Shown one piece after another: positions 60,757 through 64,000 of a stretch of 64,000 nt of DNA. The DNA lies in contig NC_088799.1 of NCBI RefSeq assembly GCF_011386835.1, forward strand, positions 23,312,001-23,376,000, read 5' to 3'. The position numbers were made by a program, and so were the translations under genes. Positions within the stretch are counted from its first letter, which is position 1; the number at the start of each line of letters is the position of its first letter. The DNA comes from Chrysemys picta bellii (taxonomy: Eukaryota). The notes beneath the pieces are model-generated. The model was given only the letters and a program-made list of their open reading frames with translations. It made no database searches and was not told the origin of the DNA.

Positions 60757-63037
60757 GTAGGGTAGAAAAGATTATTGCAACATGTGGGGCTCTGTGCGTA
60801 ATTTAGTTGGAATACAGCATTGCCTATGGACCTGCCGTACCTAATGAAAGGCTTTTAACTCACAAATTCTATAATGTCCATTTAGATTCTGTCCCTGGCC
60901 ACAAAAGGTACTCCTGTGCCGAATTGCACCCAGCATATGCGTGAACCACTGCTCCGTGCTTTATGATGTTTATGTCCTCCTAAGCTTAGTGCCTCTTACT
61001 TATAAGGATTTTAAACAACGTTTCATTTTTGGCTGACTGTAAGAATTACAACGGATGTTTTGTTCACGTGAACTGTGTTTTTCCTAGTCTGCTCCTGTCT
61101 TGGGGTTTACCATGCGGATGTACCAATTAAGTTTATAGATGTACTGACTATAAACTAAATTAGCAACTGCTAAGTGAGGAAATTTTACGGTCAGTTTTTA
61201 CCGGTGGTTCTTAAATCTTAGGCGAAGCCACAGAAAGGGTGAACAAGTTTTGCTGAACTGGCTTTGTTCAGCATTATTAAAAAATATAATTTATAACAAA
61301 AATATCCGCCTATTTTATTCGCTTTTCTTTAAATAGAAGCCAAACCAGTTACCTGGACGTTTACTTTCAAGCTTCTCTCTGGAAGTTTTGAAAATCAGAT
61401 CTTGAGCTCTCTCCAGTTAGTTTCACCTAACTGCAATAACTAGAGGGCAAGCGGTCTGGGGCTTTCCAGAGCCGAAGGTAACTTCTAGAATGAGAACAAA
61501 TGTAGCTGTTTCAGTGTATTTCCCTTCTAATAATAAAATGAGAGAAAATGATGGTCATTATTTGTTGGAACACATGGAGCAGTTTTAGGCCCCAACATCT
61601 GCAGCTGTTGGAAAGTAGTGCTGTAACAGATACTCCCCCTCAATCTTTGTGCTTATAGGCCACCATCTGCACCAAACTATGCACACAATTCTTATGGGGT
61701 TTCCCTGCATCTTGTAATAGGATAAGGACATAAACAGAGCGGTCACGTTGAATCAAAAAAGTAATAATAAGCAGCCTTTGGCATCGCAGCCTCACCAAAC
61801 GAGCCTTCCCTTTTACTCTTCTCTACTTTTCTGTTTTCCGCGGAGGCAGCCACCTATTTATGCTGAACAAATCTTCAAAAAACCCCAAACGATAAAAGAC
61901 CCAACTTCCCTATGAAAAATTTAAAGGAGATGATTCCGTCTGGTGGATGTTTGCTCGACAAAGAATACCACTATAGCACCTAATCCACACTACTATTATG
62001 TCAAATCGCAGGGTGCATAATAACTTTTAGAGATTTACATAGATTAAACCCATTCCCTTTACATCGTTCCGGAAAACGCTTTGCAATAATATTTTACTTT
62101 GCTTCTCCACTAATTTGTAAATTATGGAATGTACCTTTTAAATGAGAGTCTGGAAGTGGGCGTGGGTGCTGGGCCGATTTAACTTGACTCAAATAAATTC
62201 TAGGCGGGGGTTTGTGTGTGTTCACATTTATAGTTGATTCAAAGTAAGACCCCAAGAAAAGATTGTTTGGGGTTTTATTTTGCCTTGGAGAAAGATTATT
62301 TGGTAGCTGTGGCTTCTGAGATGCAGAGGTTTCTCTTATAAAGTGAAATGTTTAAAAGACCCTCTCTCCTTCTCTTCAAGGAAGTCGAACTTTATTATTT
62401 AATTTGTTTTAATAGCTCTCTATCCAACAGTAAAAGTATCTTCTTGCCTAACGTGCAGACTTTTCTATAGAAGCATATTAGATTATCATAATAATGAGAC
62501 AATTATTCCGCTTCTGTGTTACACTCCACTGCACAGAGGAACAGAGAAATTCTAAACTTCTTTGTAGTGAAGCTTTTATGACAGTAATTACCCCCCAAAA
62601 GTGAGTCATTAAATGCTTTGGTGTTTAGTTTTCCTTGAAGATAAAGCTAATTAATATTACAGGCTATTAATGAGCACATTCTTCTCAGGTCTTACAGCGC
62701 AAACATCTAAACCCATTATCACAAGTTAGTATTAGATATCAGGGAGTGATTTAGGTCATTTGGGACTCTAATGTGGAAAGATGAAACCAGGGCTAAGAAA
62801 GTAATTTATCGAGAACTAGTATGGGCTGCAAATGTCTATTTTCTACATTTTTATTATTTTCGTGATGCCTCTTAGTTTCTAAACTTGTAAATCGGGGCTG
62901 TCCAATACAAACAAAACAATCTGTTTGCAAAAACGGTATCAATATTCTTATAGCACACAGCTGTGTTCTTTTGTTTTGGTTCTCTTTTAATGTTGGTTTT
63001 CTATTATAGTATCTAGGTTATTTTTCTGTTTCTTCAG

Positions 63038-63095
63038 GTCTGGTTTCAAAACAGAAGAGCTAAATGTAGAAAACAAGAAAATCAACTTCATAAAG
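63038..63095 (+). CDS. SHOX2: SHOX2 exon 3 (homeodomain helix 3), 58 bp
   Basis: [19 protein letters not shown]. Acceptor tttcttcag|, donor AAG|gtatgc. Absent from the ORF track because it is short. Confidence 0.97.
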
Positions 63096-63430
63096 GTATG
63101 CTTTATGATATCATTAAAAGAGGCTTAGGTTGAAAAGACTTATACAGTATCGATAATACCAGTTAAGAAGGAGAGTTCCTGCTGAGAAACACCTAGGGCT
63201 CCAGATTTGTAGGATATATGTTCTAATATGAAGGCTACCTATATTATATCAAAACTATTATTGATTATAAATGGCATTAAACTTGTATCAATGTATTGGC
63301 AGAAAGAAAGAAATGTTGGAAGCAAAAGACTGTAGTTTGCACACCTATACGTTTCTGGAATTCAAAGAATCACTTATTGCAAAGTAAGGCTAAGCCGATA
63401 TTTATGTATTTATTTTGCTGATTATTGCAG

Positions 63431-63519
63431 GGGTTCTTATAGGAGCAGCCAGTCAATTTGAAGCTTGCAGAGTTGCACCATATGTCAATGTAGGCGCTTT
63501 GAGGATGCCATTTCAGCAG
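63431..63519 (+). CDS. SHOX2: SHOX2 exon 4, 89 bp
   Basis: [30 protein letters not shown]. Acceptor attattgcag|, donor CAG|gcaagt (GC type). Exons 1-4 total 642 nt, 214 codons in frame. Confidence 0.95.
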
Positions 63520-64000
63520 GCAAGTACAGTAAAGCCTACTTGTAACGATAAAGTGCAAATGAGTGACCCCGATTTTAGGATAAGGCCTTTTCTCCCTATA
63601 TTAAATGACTGTTGACAGCATCTATTCAATATTTATACCGTGATTATATAGAGGGAACAATTCACTTTTTAAAAAGCCACACACTTCCCCAGATCTGCCT
63701 GCCCAACTCTCTGTCATCAATGAAAGTTCCGCTGGGGATGGAGGGCAGTATCTGGCTCTTTAAAAATGCACGAAAAGATTGCACTCAGAGGGTTACATGG
63801 GAACGTCCTTTCAGTCAAAGTTTACCGATTCTGATGCAAAGCTGATGAATGAAAGTGTTTCTAAAGGAGAACTGTTCTAACACATCGGTTTTACTCCTCA
63901 CAGAGAGTAAAACTGGTTCGGAGTTCTCTTTTTATATAAGGAAAACCAGCAAAAATAGCTAACTACATAACTGCGGAGCCAAATCCCACCGGACACCGCC

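Noticed and set aside
61125-61161. 14-bp inverted repeat (13 of 14) with a 9-nt spacer in SHOX2 intron 2
   Set aside because: Short and AT-rich, so plausible by chance in 64 kb.
1-64000. CRISPR arrays, rRNA, operons or other prokaryotic systems
   Set aside because: No regularly spaced direct repeats or rRNA-like sequence; all evidence indicates intron-rich vertebrate DNA.

Overview
Vertebrate genomic DNA, inferred to be from a turtle because it carries a tortoise-type tRNA-derived SINE and matching CR1 LINE 3' ends. Two genes lie head to head. RSRC1 is on the minus strand: probable non-coding exon 1 in a CpG island at about 53.9-54.1 kb, coding exons at 43250-43437 and 36678-36803, and a long intron 3 running off the left edge. 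SHOX2 is on the plus strand: coding exons at 57432-57717, 60548-60756, 63038-63095 and 63431-63519, with the last exon beyond the right edge and a GC donor on intron 4. The RSRC1 introns hold many transposons: a full-length Buster/Charlie hAT with perfect TIRs, an older hAT transposase fossil split by a CR1, hAT, Tigger and Harbinger MITEs, L2, MIR, Tx1 and a solo LTR. The most unusual signal is four Penelope-like insertions carrying five minimal hammerhead ribozyme motifs. One is a near-perfect 206-bp palindrome with a ribozyme on each strand, two share the same inversion start and have 11-12 bp target duplications, and one lies in sense inside SHOX2 intron 1. Other candidates are a poison exon and a recursive splice site in RSRC1, a 95-nt pre-miRNA-like hairpin, a paired-homeodomain P3 palindrome and an overlapping uORF at SHOX2. 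There are three N gaps. No rRNA, tRNA gene or CRISPR array was seen. All calls are by eye; no searches were run.
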